A stretch of 64,000 nt of DNA from an uncultured bacterium. Lineage in GTDB: Bacteria; Zixibacteria; MSB-5A5; CAIYYT01. A model generated the notes under the pieces. That model did no database searches, was not told the DNA's origin, and saw nothing but the letters and a program-made list of their open reading frames with translations. The position numbers and the translations under genes were made by a program. Of this stretch, positions 49,501-59,173 are shown piece by piece. Within the stretch, counting starts at the first letter, position 1. The number at the start of each line of letters is the position of its first letter. The DNA is taken from NCBI GenBank assembly GCA_963726455.1, contig CAVSCK010000004.1, positions 544,001 through 608,000 on the forward strand, given 5' to 3'.

Positions 49501-50285
49501 TCGCCGGCGTAAGGGCTGATCTCGTTGATTTTCATTTTACTGGAATCGGGTGAGCAATTGGTTACGGCGCCCGGCTCGCCGGTCACCCAAAACAATGGGT
49601 AGCCGGGAATCGGCGGAGTCCAGAAGTCGGCCCAGCGAATCCATTGACCGTTATCGTATTGCCAATTATCACAGACGCGAGGCGTCGAAAAGTCAAATGC
49701 GACCGAAGGATAGGGCGGCAGACCATTCGGCTGGCTTGCATATTCCACCCCAATATAGAATGGGCCGTTTACGCACAGAGGAATAGGCAGCCAAGCCGTA
49801 CCAACGTGCGGATCGCGGAATGTCGCCGAATCACAGCGGACGGGAAAACGATACAGTTCCTGGCTGGGGCCAAGGCAGGTGTCAGTCGACGAGGCGTAGA
49901 TCACAACTTGAAGCTTCAGTGGCCACGGGCGGCTACCGGCGTCGTAGAGCGTGAACTGAAGATTGAGAATGCTGAATGGATAGGAGGCGCGTTCGCAGGC
50001 AGTCGGGTCGAAATAAGTGACCGTCCTCATGCCGGGTCCGTAGCGGTCGGAATAGAACGAAAGAGTACCGTTGTGCTTGGACAGAGTGCAGTTGGCCTTG
50101 CTGGCCGACGAGTCGAACAAGGGAGTGCTTGCGGGAGAAATCGAAATCGCTCGGTCAAATTCGGCGGCATCGACAACTACAGGAAGAAGCAGAAAGAGTG
50201 CGAGCTGAAGAAGAAGCTGTATCAGTAACAATCTGGCCTTCAAGTGTGGTCGTCCTTTCTGGCGGAACAAATATCCGTCGGGCAC
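46579..50285 (-). CDS. large secreted modular protein (lamin-tail-like, Fn3-like, C39-like, Ca-binding DxD repeats, C-terminal dockerin-like); two +1 frameshifts near 47238 and 46862
   Basis: KINEI..WVELFN (LTD); YYWRVR; DTDLD/DSDSD/DSDND; removing one C from TCCC and one T from TTTC joins the three ORFs to the double GDAN dockerin repeat. Confidence 0.75.
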
Positions 50286-50621
50286 GTCGAACTGTCAGAA
50301 AGCGCGAGCGAGAGAACCGGTCAGTATTAACAGGTCAGTTTTCCGAACAAGTATATTCGGAGCACATTATAACGCCAAAGCGCCGAAAAGTCAAGAGGAT
50401 AACGGGGTTGCGGGAGGTCGTGGCGTGCGTTGGGATGCCTGCAAAACGATAAGCCGAACTGCGAAAGTCGTTTCGGACAAAGAAGCTGGAGCAGGCAGTC
50501 GTAAGAGTAGGAAGCCATCGCGGGCGTCGGAGAACAAAAAAAGTCCTTTGAAGTACTTGACATTCGGTGAGTTGTTCCTATTTTAATAAGTTTCTAGAGG
50601 AATCCTTTTGAGGAGATGTGA

Positions 50622-51056
50622 GTGAAAACATTTATTCCGAAAGTCGGCAGCGTAGAGCAGAAGTGGTTTGTTGTCGACGTCAGCGGCAAAATTCTTGGTC
50701 GGCAGGCGGCTAAAGTTGCGCGCATTCTGATGGGCAAGACCAAGCCGGAATACACACCGTTTCTGGATTTTGGCGATTTCGTGATCGTGGTTAACGCGGC
50801 CAAGGTACGGTTGTCGACGCCCAAGAAAGAATCAATCAAGACTTATCATTGGAATACGTTATACCCCGGCGGCCATCGGCAGACCACGTTTGCCAAAGCG
50901 GTCAAGGCCAAGCCGGAAGAGTTATTCCGTGATGCGGTGTGGGGAATGCTCCCCAAAGGTCCGCTGGGTCGCAAGATGCTCACCAAGCTTAAGGTTTACG
51001 GCGGCACTGTGCATCCGCACAAGGCCCAGAAGCCCGAAGCGCTGGAAGTGAAATAA
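50622..51056 (+). CDS. rplM: 50S ribosomal protein L13
   Basis: WFVVD..LGR.A, KPEYTP.LD.GD, GMLPK, HPHKAQKP. Confidence 0.99.
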   Translation: MKTFIPKVGSVEQKWFVVDVSGKILGRQAAKVARILMGKTKPEYTPFLDFGDFVIVVNAAKVRLSTPKKESIKTYHWNTLYPGGHRQTTFAKAVKAKPEELFRDAVWGMLPKGPLGRKMLTKLKVYGGTVHPHKAQKPEALEVK

Positions 51057-51123
51057 TTGATTTGTAGTGACATCAGCGAGGGTCTTTGTGCGGCTCAGCG
51101 GTGTCGATATTGGAAGGTAGTTG

Positions 51124-51517
51124 ATGGCACAAAATAAGATTCATACTTCTGGAAGACGCAAGAATGCGGTCGCCAGTCTGTGGCTGACCGCCGGCACGGG
51201 TCAAGTGGACGATCAACGGAAAAGATCTGTTGCCGTATCTTACCCGTGAATCGCTGGTAGCGATCGCGACTGAACCGGTCCGAGTGGTGAGCCTGGAAGG
51301 TAAGCTGGACGTGGTTTGCAAGACGCGCGGCGGTGGCCTGTCGGGCCAGGCCGGTGCGATTCGTCTGGCAATTGCCCGGGCGCTCACAGCGTTTAATCCG
51401 GAATTGCGCAAACCGCTCAAAAGCGCCGGCATGCTGACGCGCGATCCCCGCATGGTGGAACGCAAGAAGTACGGCATGGTCAAAGCCCGCAAGCGGTTCC
51501 AGTTCTCGAAGAGATAA
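51124..51517 (+). CDS. rpsI: 30S ribosomal protein S9 (apparent +1 frameshift near 51201)
   Basis: N-terminal SGRRKNAVA in one frame; GGGLSGQAGA...RDPRMVERKK...QFSKR in the next. Confidence 0.95.
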
Positions 51518-51525
51518 TTTTATCG

Positions 51526-51558
51526 GATGGTCGGCGGAGTGCAACTCCGCCGACCGTC
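51526..51558 (+). terminator. strong hairpin after rpsI
   Basis: gatggtcggcggagt-gca-actccgccgaccgtc, then actttct. Confidence 0.65.
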
Positions 51559-51717
51559 AGACTTTCTGCCTGAGTCGGATTGCCTCGCAGTCTGACTTTT
51601 CGCACGAAGTAACTAATGACGCACATTCGGGGATCCAGGCGGGTGGTCGAGTTACGGCTCGCCCCGCGCGAGGAGATGAACCGGATGGAGGAACAACCAA
51701 CCAATCAGGAGTCAGTA

Positions 51718-52491
51718 ATGACCGAAATCCAAATTCGCGACCTTTTGGAAGCGGGCGTACATTTTGGGCACCAGACACGGCGCTGGAACCCGAAAATGAA
51801 GCGCTTTATTTTTGCCGAGAAGAACGGCGTCTACATCATCGATCTCAACAAAACCTTAAACTCGCTCAAGACCGCTTGCCAGAAAGTGCGCGAAGTCATC
51901 TCCAAGAATCAGCCAATTCTGTTTGTCGGCACCAAGAAGCAGGCGCAGGATGTGGTCAAGGCCGAGGCCATTCGTTGCCAGCAATACTTTGTGACCGAAC
52001 GCTGGCTGGGCGGCATGATGACCAATTTCCCGACGATCCGCAAGAGCATCAAGCGACTCAAAGATATCGAGAGGATGCAGGAAGACGGCACCTTCGAAAA
52101 ACTGACGAAGAAAGAAATCGCCGGCCTGTCAAAAGAAAAAGAGAAACTCGACAAGGTCCTGGGCGGAATCCGCGAAATGAATCGGTTGCCCGGACTGCTC
52201 TTTGTCGTCGACTGCAAGAAAGAGCGCATCGCGGTCGCCGAAGCGAAGAAGCTCGGAATTCCGATCATTGGTATCGTCGATACCAACTCCGATCCTGATC
52301 CGATCGATTTTCCGATAGCCGGCAATGACGACGCCATCAAGTCGATTCGCGTCATCACGCGTCAGGTGGTTGATTCGGCCATCGACGCCCGGTCGCTCGT
52401 GCTTGACAAAGAAGGCGCGCTGGCGAAGGCGGAGGCATTGGCTGAAGTGGCAGCGCCGGCCGGTGACACCAGAGAACAGAAAGGTAATTGA
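51718..52491 (+). CDS. rpsB: 30S ribosomal protein S2
   Basis: [10 protein letters not shown]...[20 protein letters not shown]. Confidence 0.99.
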   Translation: MTEIQIRDLLEAGVHFGHQTRRWNPKMKRFIFAEKNGVYIIDLNKTLNSLKTACQKVREVISKNQPILFVGTKKQAQDVVKAEAIRCQQYFVTERWLGGMMTNFPTIRKSIKRLKDIERMQEDGTFEKLTKKEIAGLSKEKEKLDKVLGGIREMNRLPGLLFVVDCKKERIAVAEAKKLGIPIIGIVDTNSDPDPIDFPIAGNDDAIKSIRVITRQVVDSAIDARSLVLDKEGALAKAEALAEVAAPAGDTREQKGN

Positions 52492-52494
52492 CGA

Positions 52495-53088
52495 ATGGAA
52501 ATAAATGCTGAACAAGTAAGACTACTGCGTGAGCGTTCCGGCGCCGGTATGATGGATTGTAAGAAGGCGCTGACGGAAGCTAACGGCGATATGGATAAAG
52601 CGATGACGGTCCTGCGCGAGAAAGGCATTAGCAAAGCCGCCAGCAAGGCCGGACGCGAGACCAAAGAAGGCGGGATCGGCAGTTATGTACACCCCGGCGA
52701 CAAGCTGGCGGTGCTGGTTGAGGTGACGTGCGAGACCGACTTTGTGGCCCGCACGGATCAATTCAAAGAGTTGACCAGAAACCTGGCGATGCATGTCGCG
52801 GCCGCCAATCCGATAGTCGTGCGGCGCGAAGAACTCGCAGATGACCAGATCAAGGCGGAACGCGAGATCTATCGCACACAGGCGCTCAATGAGGGCAAAC
52901 CGGAGAAGATAGTTGATAAGATCGTTGACGGTAAGATAGAGAAGTACTACGCCGAAGTCTGTTTGATGGAACAGGCGTATGTCAAGGATCCGGATAAGAC
53001 CATTTCCGACTTGATGAGCGAGACAATTGGAAAGATCGGCGAGAATATGTCCGTTCGCCGTTTTATCCGATTCCGTCTCGGCGAGTAG
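52495..53088 (+). CDS. tsf: elongation factor Ts (short form)
   Basis: LRERSGAGMMDCKKAL, CETDFVA. Confidence 0.99.
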   Translation: MEINAEQVRLLRERSGAGMMDCKKALTEANGDMDKAMTVLREKGISKAASKAGRETKEGGIGSYVHPGDKLAVLVEVTCETDFVARTDQFKELTRNLAMHVAAANPIVVRREELADDQIKAEREIYRTQALNEGKPEKIVDKIVDGKIEKYYAEVCLMEQAYVKDPDKTISDLMSETIGKIGENMSVRRFIRFRLGE

Positions 53089-53090
53089 CC

Positions 53091-53813
53091 ATGATGTCGG
53101 ACGGCCCGATATACAAACGAATATTACTGAAACTATCAGGTGAACAACTGGCAGGGGATCGAAGCTTCGGCATCGACCCCGCCCAGTTGGAATATGTTGC
53201 CACGGAAATCGAAAGCGTTTTCAAGCTCGGGGTGCAAGTCGGTATCGTCGTAGGCGGCGGCAATTTCCATCGCGGCGTTCCAGGAATCGCCATGGGAATC
53301 GGAAGAGCCACGGGCGATTACATGGGTATGCTGGCGACGGTGATTAACGCCATGGCACTGCAGGCGATCCTGGAGAGGCATAACATGTATACCCGCGTAC
53401 TCAGCGCGATTCGAATCGAGGCCGTCGCGGAGTCATATATTCGCCGCCGCGCCATTCGCCATATGGAGAAAGGGCGCGTAGTAATAATGGCGGCCGGCAC
53501 GGGCAATCCGTATTTCACGACCGATACGGCGGCGGTGTTGCGCGGTGTGGAGACCGAGGTTGATGCCGTGCTGAAGGCGACGAAAGTAGACGGTGTGTAC
53601 AATTGCGACCCGATGCTTGACAAGAATGCAGTACTATACAAGACAATCACTTACGACGACGCCTTGCAGCAACAGTTGAAGGTCATGGATGGCACGGCGT
53701 TTACGCTTTGCCGCGAGAACAAGTTGCCGCTAATCGTTTTTAAGTTGACCGTCCCCGGAAATCTCTATAGAGTCGTCATGGGTGAACGCATAGGCACTTT
53801 GGTGACAATTTAA
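53091..53813 (+). CDS. pyrH: UMP kinase
   Basis: LLKLSGE, GGGNF.RG, GTGNPYFTTD. Confidence 0.99.
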   Translation: MMSDGPIYKRILLKLSGEQLAGDRSFGIDPAQLEYVATEIESVFKLGVQVGIVVGGGNFHRGVPGIAMGIGRATGDYMGMLATVINAMALQAILERHNMYTRVLSAIRIEAVAESYIRRRAIRHMEKGRVVIMAAGTGNPYFTTDTAAVLRGVETEVDAVLKATKVDGVYNCDPMLDKNAVLYKTITYDDALQQQLKVMDGTAFTLCRENKLPLIVFKLTVPGNLYRVVMGERIGTLVTI

Positions 53814-53829
53814 TCGGGAGTATTGTTCC

Positions 53830-54387
53830 ATGGTAAAGCAGATATTGGCAGACGCTGAGAATAAGATGAAGAAGTCAATCGCCGCGCTGAAGCATCACTA
53901 CTCGACGGTGCGTTCCGGCAAGGCGAACGTTCAGATGCTTGACGACATCAAAGTTGACTACTATGGCACGCCCACGCCTCTCAAGCAAGTCAGTTCCATT
54001 TCGACGCCTGAGGCGCAGTTGATCGTAGTTCAGCCGTGGGAGAAGACCTTGATCGGCGAAATCATCAAGGCGATTCAGAAATCCAATCTGGGGCTGAATC
54101 CGCAGGCGGATCCGCAAGTGGTCAGAATTCCGGTGCCGCCGCTCTCTGAAGAGAGAAGAAAAGACCTCGTCAAGGTCGTTAAGAAGATGGCAGAAGAAAA
54201 CAAGATCGCCGTCCGCAATATTCGCCGCGAAGGCATCGAGCAGCTCAAGAAGGAAGAAAAGGACCACAAGATTTCCGAAGACGAGTTGAAGGACGGCGAA
54301 GAAAAGATGCAAAATCTTACCAACAAATTCATCGAAGAGACCGACGCGCTCGCTGAGTCCAAAGAAGCTGAGGTGATGGCGGTCTGA
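53830..54387 (+). CDS. frr: ribosome recycling factor
   Basis: VDYYG..TPL, LGLNP, PPLSEERRK, RNIRR. Confidence 0.99.
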   Translation: MVKQILADAENKMKKSIAALKHHYSTVRSGKANVQMLDDIKVDYYGTPTPLKQVSSISTPEAQLIVVQPWEKTLIGEIIKAIQKSNLGLNPQADPQVVRIPVPPLSEERRKDLVKVVKKMAEENKIAVRNIRREGIEQLKKEEKDHKISEDELKDGEEKMQNLTNKFIEETDALAESKEAEVMAV

Positions 54388-54449
54388 GCGAGAAGCTCAG
54401 TGCTGAGCTGTCGGCACTCGCGGAGAAGCTGTCTCCTGCGAAACTGCCG

Positions 54450-55136
54450 GTGCATGTTGCCATCATTATGGACGGCAACGGCCGCTGGGCTGAAAAGCGC
54501 GGCCTCGACCGTTCGGCGGGGCACCGAGCAGGCGTCGACGCCGTACGGCGTATCGTCGAAATCAGCGGCGACGTCAACATAAAGTATCTAACCCTCTACA
54601 CATTCTCCGTCGAAAACTGGAATCGCCCCAAATCGGAAGTTGACTTTCTCTTCAAGCTGCTCAACGACACCGCCCGCTCGCAACTGGGCGACCTGATCAG
54701 GAACAACGTGCGGCTGATCGCCACCGGGCAGATTGAGCAGTTGCCGCTGGTGCGCAGAAAGGCACTGTTGCACGCGATCGCCAAGACATCCAAGAATACC
54801 GGGCTGGTGCTTAACCTGGCTTTGAACTACGGCGGACGGATGGAAATCCTGGAGGCGGTCAAACGCATTGCCAAGGAATACAAAGCCAATCGACTCAAGC
54901 TGCCGGAAATAGATGAGGAGAAGTTCGCGACTTATCTGTTTACGCATCCGCTGCCCGATCCGGATTTGTTGATTCGTACTTCGGGCGAGTTTCGGCTGTC
55001 GAATTTTCTCTTGTGGCAAACGTCGTATACGGAACTATTTATCACCAACACCCTCTGGCCTGATTTCAGCCAGAAGGAGTTTCTCGAAATCATCCTCGAT
55101 TACCAGAAACGGGAGCGGCGGTTCGGCAAGTTATGA
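54450..55136 (+). CDS. uppS: isoprenyl transferase (undecaprenyl diphosphate synthase); true start probably about 20 codons upstream
   Basis: HVAIIMDGNGRWA, FSVENWNRP, IRTSGEFRLSNFLLWQ. Confidence 0.97.
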   Translation: MHVAIIMDGNGRWAEKRGLDRSAGHRAGVDAVRRIVEISGDVNIKYLTLYTFSVENWNRPKSEVDFLFKLLNDTARSQLGDLIRNNVRLIATGQIEQLPLVRRKALLHAIAKTSKNTGLVLNLALNYGGRMEILEAVKRIAKEYKANRLKLPEIDEEKFATYLFTHPLPDPDLLIRTSGEFRLSNFLLWQTSYTELFITNTLWPDFSQKEFLEIILDYQKRERRFGKL

Positions 55137-55951
55137 TATCGCGCAATTTGGCGCTGCGACTGCTGATCGCAGCCATCTTCATTCCACTCCTACTGTATGT
55201 CTTCCATCTTGGCGGCGTAGTATTCCTGGCATTGGTTGAACTGCTGATTATTCTGTCACTGTGGGAGCTATTCACTCTTACAGGTATCAGATTATATCTC
55301 TGGCAGAAGCTGGCACTGATATTGGTCGGCGCGTTTCCCGCGATTTCGGTGCAATACCTGCAGAGCCGTTTCCTGTTTGAGACGGTGGCGGCGCTGATCT
55401 TTCTGGTATCGCTGCCGCACGTATTCACGCGCAAGCTGGGAGATATCGGACGGTCGATGGGTATTTCCGCGTTCGGCGTGATTTATCTCGCGGCTGGATT
55501 CACGAGTTTGATTTTGATTCGTAGCGGCAATGTTGTGGACGCCAAGCTGGCTGCGGGTTGGGTGACATTCCTGTTTGCAGCAATCTGGATTATTGACACG
55601 GCGGCGTATTTCTTCGGCTGGAAATTCGGCAAGACTAAGCTGTCGCCGGCGATCAGTCCGCACAAAACTGTCGCCGGATTTGCCGGTGGATTTGTCGGCG
55701 GTATTCTGACAGCGGTGATGTTCAATTTCATCTTTCTGGCGGAGATCGGATTTGTGAAGTTGATTCTGCCCGCGATTATCATTGCGTTTTTCGGGCAGCT
55801 CGGTGATCTGGCGGAGTCAGTTTTCAAGCGAGAGGCCGGAGTCAAGGATTCGTCCAACCTGATACCGGGGCATGGCGGCATTCTCGACCGCTTCGATTCA
55901 CTCGTGTTCGCGGCGCCCGCGCTGTACATCTACTTGCGTTTGGTCTCCTGA
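55133..55951 (+). CDS. cdsA: phosphatidate cytidylyltransferase
   Basis: ISPHKT, GDLAESVFKR..GVKDS..IPGHGGILDRFDS. Confidence 0.97.
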   Translation: MISRNLALRLLIAAIFIPLLLYVFHLGGVVFLALVELLIILSLWELFTLTGIRLYLWQKLALILVGAFPAISVQYLQSRFLFETVAALIFLVSLPHVFTRKLGDIGRSMGISAFGVIYLAAGFTSLILIRSGNVVDAKLAAGWVTFLFAAIWIIDTAAYFFGWKFGKTKLSPAISPHKTVAGFAGGFVGGILTAVMFNFIFLAEIGFVKLILPAIIIAFFGQLGDLAESVFKREAGVKDSSNLIPGHGGILDRFDSLVFAAPALYIYLRLVS

Positions 55952-55988
55952 ATTGCCGTCTAAGTGTGGAACAATTGCTCGATTGGTT

Positions 55989-56810
55989 GTGGGAAAGGTT
56001 GCTAGACTCTTGGTAACAGTCTTCGTGATCATTATTGGCGTCTACGTGGTAGTGTGCGCGGCAGCGTTCCTCATGCAACGCCAACTGATTTACCATCCGT
56101 TCAAGCACATCATCTCCACCCCCGAGGCAGTTGGCCTAGATTATGAGGAACTGAAGTTGCAGTCGCCGGATGGTGTTAACTTCATAGTCTGGAGCATCCC
56201 GAACGATTCGGCGAAAATCAACGTCGTCTATTTCCACGGCAACGCGGAGAACGTATCGAACAATGTCAATACCTATAAGCTGTTTCATGATCTGGGCGTC
56301 AACGTGTATGCCTTCGAGTATCGCGGCTATGCAGATGCTGAGGGATCGCCTTCGGAGGATCTCGTGGCTGCCGATCTTGCGACCTTCGCAGACTATCTGC
56401 GCGCGCATCTCAACTCGGGTTCGCATGTGGTGGCATTGGGTCGTTCTCTCGGCGGGGGAGTGGCTGTCAAGTTCACGAATTGTTATCCGGTCGACGGGTT
56501 GATATTGGAATCAACGTTCAGCTCGTTGGCTGATGTGGGCAAGGCCGCGTTTCCATACCTGCCGGTTTCTCTGTTACTACGGGAGAAATACAACAGCGCG
56601 GAGATCATCAGGACATTCGACAAACCATTGCTGTCGATTCATAGTCCGGACGACGAAGTGATACCCTACGCGCTCGGCAGAAAGCTGTACGACGCCGCGA
56701 TAGGGGAGAAGCGTTTCGTCGAGATCACCGGCTCCCACAATTCCGGATTTCTCGAATGCGATAGCATCCTCCGTGACGCCTACGGGACTTTTCTCGCCCG
56801 TTTTCGCTAG
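55989..56810 (+). CDS. membrane-anchored alpha/beta hydrolase
   Basis: YFHGNAEN, GRSLGG nucleophile elbow, D.VIP, GSHN; start approximate. Confidence 0.9.
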   Translation: MGKVARLLVTVFVIIIGVYVVVCAAAFLMQRQLIYHPFKHIISTPEAVGLDYEELKLQSPDGVNFIVWSIPNDSAKINVVYFHGNAENVSNNVNTYKLFHDLGVNVYAFEYRGYADAEGSPSEDLVAADLATFADYLRAHLNSGSHVVALGRSLGGGVAVKFTNCYPVDGLILESTFSSLADVGKAAFPYLPVSLLLREKYNSAEIIRTFDKPLLSIHSPDDEVIPYALGRKLYDAAIGEKRFVEITGSHNSGFLECDSILRDAYGTFLARFR

Positions 56811-56887
56811 ATAAATTTCCGACAAAAATAAAAGCGCCGATCTCGCAACCGACGCTTTGACAATTGTATCAGTCGAGTAATTCGGTC

Positions 56888-57685
56888 TTACTTGCTTGCC
56901 TTGGACGTGGTGTCAGCCGGAGTTCCGGGCGCCGGTTTGTTGGCTGGCGCGGCCTGAATCTGCGGCATAATCACTTGCTTGGCGAGGCCGGTCGGAATTG
57001 TGTAACGGGTACCGGCCGCATCATTCAACTGGAATGTAAAAGACTTCTTGAATTCCTGGTCCGTAACCGACGCCTGAATCCTAACCTTGATCTCTTTATC
57101 CTTGCCCGGCTTGATTTCCGAATCGGGGAGGTCGATCTTGAGGTAACCATAGGGCTGGCTGACTAGCTTCAGACGCACGGTGTTCTTGGAGACGTTCTTG
57201 ACGACAACTTTCATCTCTTTGTCGCGGTTCTTGTCGTCCCACCTGATCGTGCTCGCTGAGAGAGCAAGAGGCAAAAGAGAATCAGGTTTCTCATAAGTTG
57301 TCCCTTTGAACGTCAGCTGAAATGATGAGCGGTCGGGATCGTTACTGGTGACTGCGGCCGACTTGGTCACCGGCCCGTGGCTGCCGCGGGAGGCGGTGAA
57401 AATCAACTCCACTTCGGCGCTATCACCGGCGGCGACTACGTCTTTCTTGAGGGGCGCCTTGGTGCAACCGCATCCGGGTTGGACTTTGAGGATCTTCAGC
57501 GAATCGATTCCCTTGTTCAGAAAGAAGTAGGAGTGACTGACGGCCTCACCTGCAGGAATGTAGCCGAAGTCGAATGAAGTTTGATCGATATACAATTTAG
57601 CTCCGATCGAAGGGCTTGCCTGAGCCAGGGCGGAGCCGCCGGCGAGGAGCAAAATGGCCATAGTGATAGGACGAAGGTAGTACAT
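56888..57685 (-). CDS. secreted DUF1573-like Ig-fold protein, Cys form (QPGCGCT)
   Basis: Signal peptide, FDFGYI, N.G...L.I..V.PGCGCT; GGAGG precedes the ATG at 57685. Confidence 0.85.
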   Translation of the reverse strand: MYYLRPITMAILLLAGGSALAQASPSIGAKLYIDQTSFDFGYIPAGEAVSHSYFFLNKGIDSLKILKVQPGCGCTKAPLKKDVVAAGDSAEVELIFTASRGSHGPVTKSAAVTSNDPDRSSFQLTFKGTTYEKPDSLLPLALSASTIRWDDKNRDKEMKVVVKNVSKNTVRLKLVSQPYGYLKIDLPDSEIKPGKDKEIKVRIQASVTDQEFKKSFTFQLNDAAGTRYTIPTGLAKQVIMPQIQAAPANKPAPGTPADTTSKASK

Positions 57686-57738
57686 GGTATCCTCCATTTC
57701 GTGGATATTTATATTGGTTCGGTTAACTTGCTACAGGA

Positions 57739-58443
57739 CTACGATAGCAACTTCCTCGCAGCCAGCCGCAGGAGACTGGTTGATTCGTTGCGGAAGATCG
57801 GAGCAATGTCGTCAATCTGGCAACAACCCAGTTTGAGAATGGCCTCGACGACAACTCGCGCGTCCTGCTCCGTCTTCAGGTCGGATATCGTCAGACGACA
57901 GGTTTCGCGACATTCACCAACAGAGAGACGGATTTCATTTGTTTCCAGAGTGTCCAGCAACGTGGAAGCTTTATCTCTTTCCATTCCCAGCGCACTCAGA
58001 AGGGAAGTAATTTTCGGATTCTCTTCCGCGATACTCTTCTCCACGCCGGCGATGGCAACCTGATATCCAACCACCTGCCTGACGTTAAATGGCACCAAGG
58101 CGGCAATGAGGAAGACCAAGGCCACGGAACCAACGGCTACCAGGTAACGAACTCTGGGGAGACTACCGGAGGCCCGTTCCCAAATCGACCACAGAACGCC
58201 GGGGCGAGTCTCGGCTGCAGCCGCTTTCAACGCGACGCTCCGAACAACCTCCAACGGCAAATCATACGGCGGTTCGATATTGCTCACCGTGGCCAGATCA
58301 TCGATCAGGTTCTCTTCGGCCTGAACCAGCAAGCGGCAGTCGGCGCAGTTGCGGAGATGTTTCATCAACGCCTGGTCTTCAGCGCACTCGCTACGGCGCC
58401 ATTGGTGCAGTGCTAGTCGCTTTCTGGCGTGGCGGCACAACAT
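57739..58443 (-). CDS. zinc-finger (ZAS/zf-HC2-like) transmembrane anti-sigma factor
   Basis: HLRNCADC motif, single TM, Cys-containing periplasmic tail; follows the ECF sigma gene. Confidence 0.8.
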   Translation of the reverse strand: MLCRHARKRLALHQWRRSECAEDQALMKHLRNCADCRLLVQAEENLIDDLATVSNIEPPYDLPLEVVRSVALKAAAAETRPGVLWSIWERASGSLPRVRYLVAVGSVALVFLIAALVPFNVRQVVGYQVAIAGVEKSIAEENPKITSLLSALGMERDKASTLLDTLETNEIRLSVGECRETCRLTISDLKTEQDARVVVEAILKLGCCQIDDIAPIFRNESTSLLRLAARKLLS

Positions 58444-58982
58444 GTGCGTTCATCTCCTCGATCAGAGTTACGATTGTCAGTCCGGCAAAAGGCACCGGCC
58501 AATTTCTTTCTCATCTTGTCGCGCGCGCGTGACAGGCGCATCTTTATTGCCCCTTGAGACTGGCCCACCAATTCCGCGAGTTCAGCAATCCGCCATCCCT
58601 CCAGTTCAGCCAGCGTCACCAGAATGCGATCATCGGGCGAGAGAGCGGACAAGGCAATATCCAGTCTTCTTCTCGCAGCATACTGTCGCGCAGGATTTTC
58701 AGAACCGATCCGGGTATCACTTTCTGACGACACCGGTATCAATTTTTTCCACCAAGCGCTCCGAAAGCGGGCCTTGAATGAATGGTTGATGATCTGATAG
58801 AACCAGGGCCGGAAGGAGTCGATCTGTCTGAGCCCGGCGTAACCCCGATAGGCCGCAATCACGGAATCCTGGTACAAGTCATCTCCTTCTTCGCAGTTGC
58901 CCACGAGGCGACTGCAGTAAGCTCTGGCTTTCCGATGTTCGGTTTCGATCAGCTGCCAGAATGTGGTGCTCTGTCGTTCCAC
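58413..58982 (-). CDS. ECF RNA polymerase sigma factor
   Basis: DDLYQD, FRPWFYQI, ALS...R..VTL...EG..IAELA, IKMRLSRAR; GTG start. Confidence 0.92.
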   Translation of the reverse strand: MERQSTTFWQLIETEHRKARAYCSRLVGNCEEGDDLYQDSVIAAYRGYAGLRQIDSFRPWFYQIINHSFKARFRSAWWKKLIPVSSESDTRIGSENPARQYAARRRLDIALSALSPDDRILVTLAELEGWRIAELAELVGQSQGAIKMRLSRARDKMRKKLAGAFCRTDNRNSDRGDERTCCAATPESD

Positions 58983-58992
58983 TTGCTTATAA

Positions 58993-59020
58993 AGATGCTT
59001 TGTAGCGCCAAAAGGTAACA
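58993..59020 (-). promoter_or_regulatory. putative autoregulatory ECF promoter
   Basis: TGTTACC-N16-CATCT about 10 nt upstream of the GTG, with no RBS. Confidence 0.45.
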
Positions 59021-59115
59021 ATATTTCGCATGGATGTCCGAATTGCCTCCGAATATGGTACAACCGCCGGGTATCCAGCGATTAGGGAATTGAAATCATG
59101 GAGTTAGCGGATAAG

Positions 59116-59143
59116 AAAAGCGCCGATCTTGCGATCGGCGCTT
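59116..59143 (-). terminator. intrinsic terminator of the DUF1573-like gene
   Basis: aagcgccgatc-GCAA-gatcggcgctt followed by a U-rich tail; degenerate copy at about 56831-56858. Confidence 0.75.
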
Positions 59144-59173
59144 GGATAATCAGGTCAGGCAAATAGATCTGTG

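Noticed and set aside
51190-51210. Programmed frameshift in rpsI
   Set aside because: There is no slippery sequence, and nearby single-base insertions point to sequencing error.
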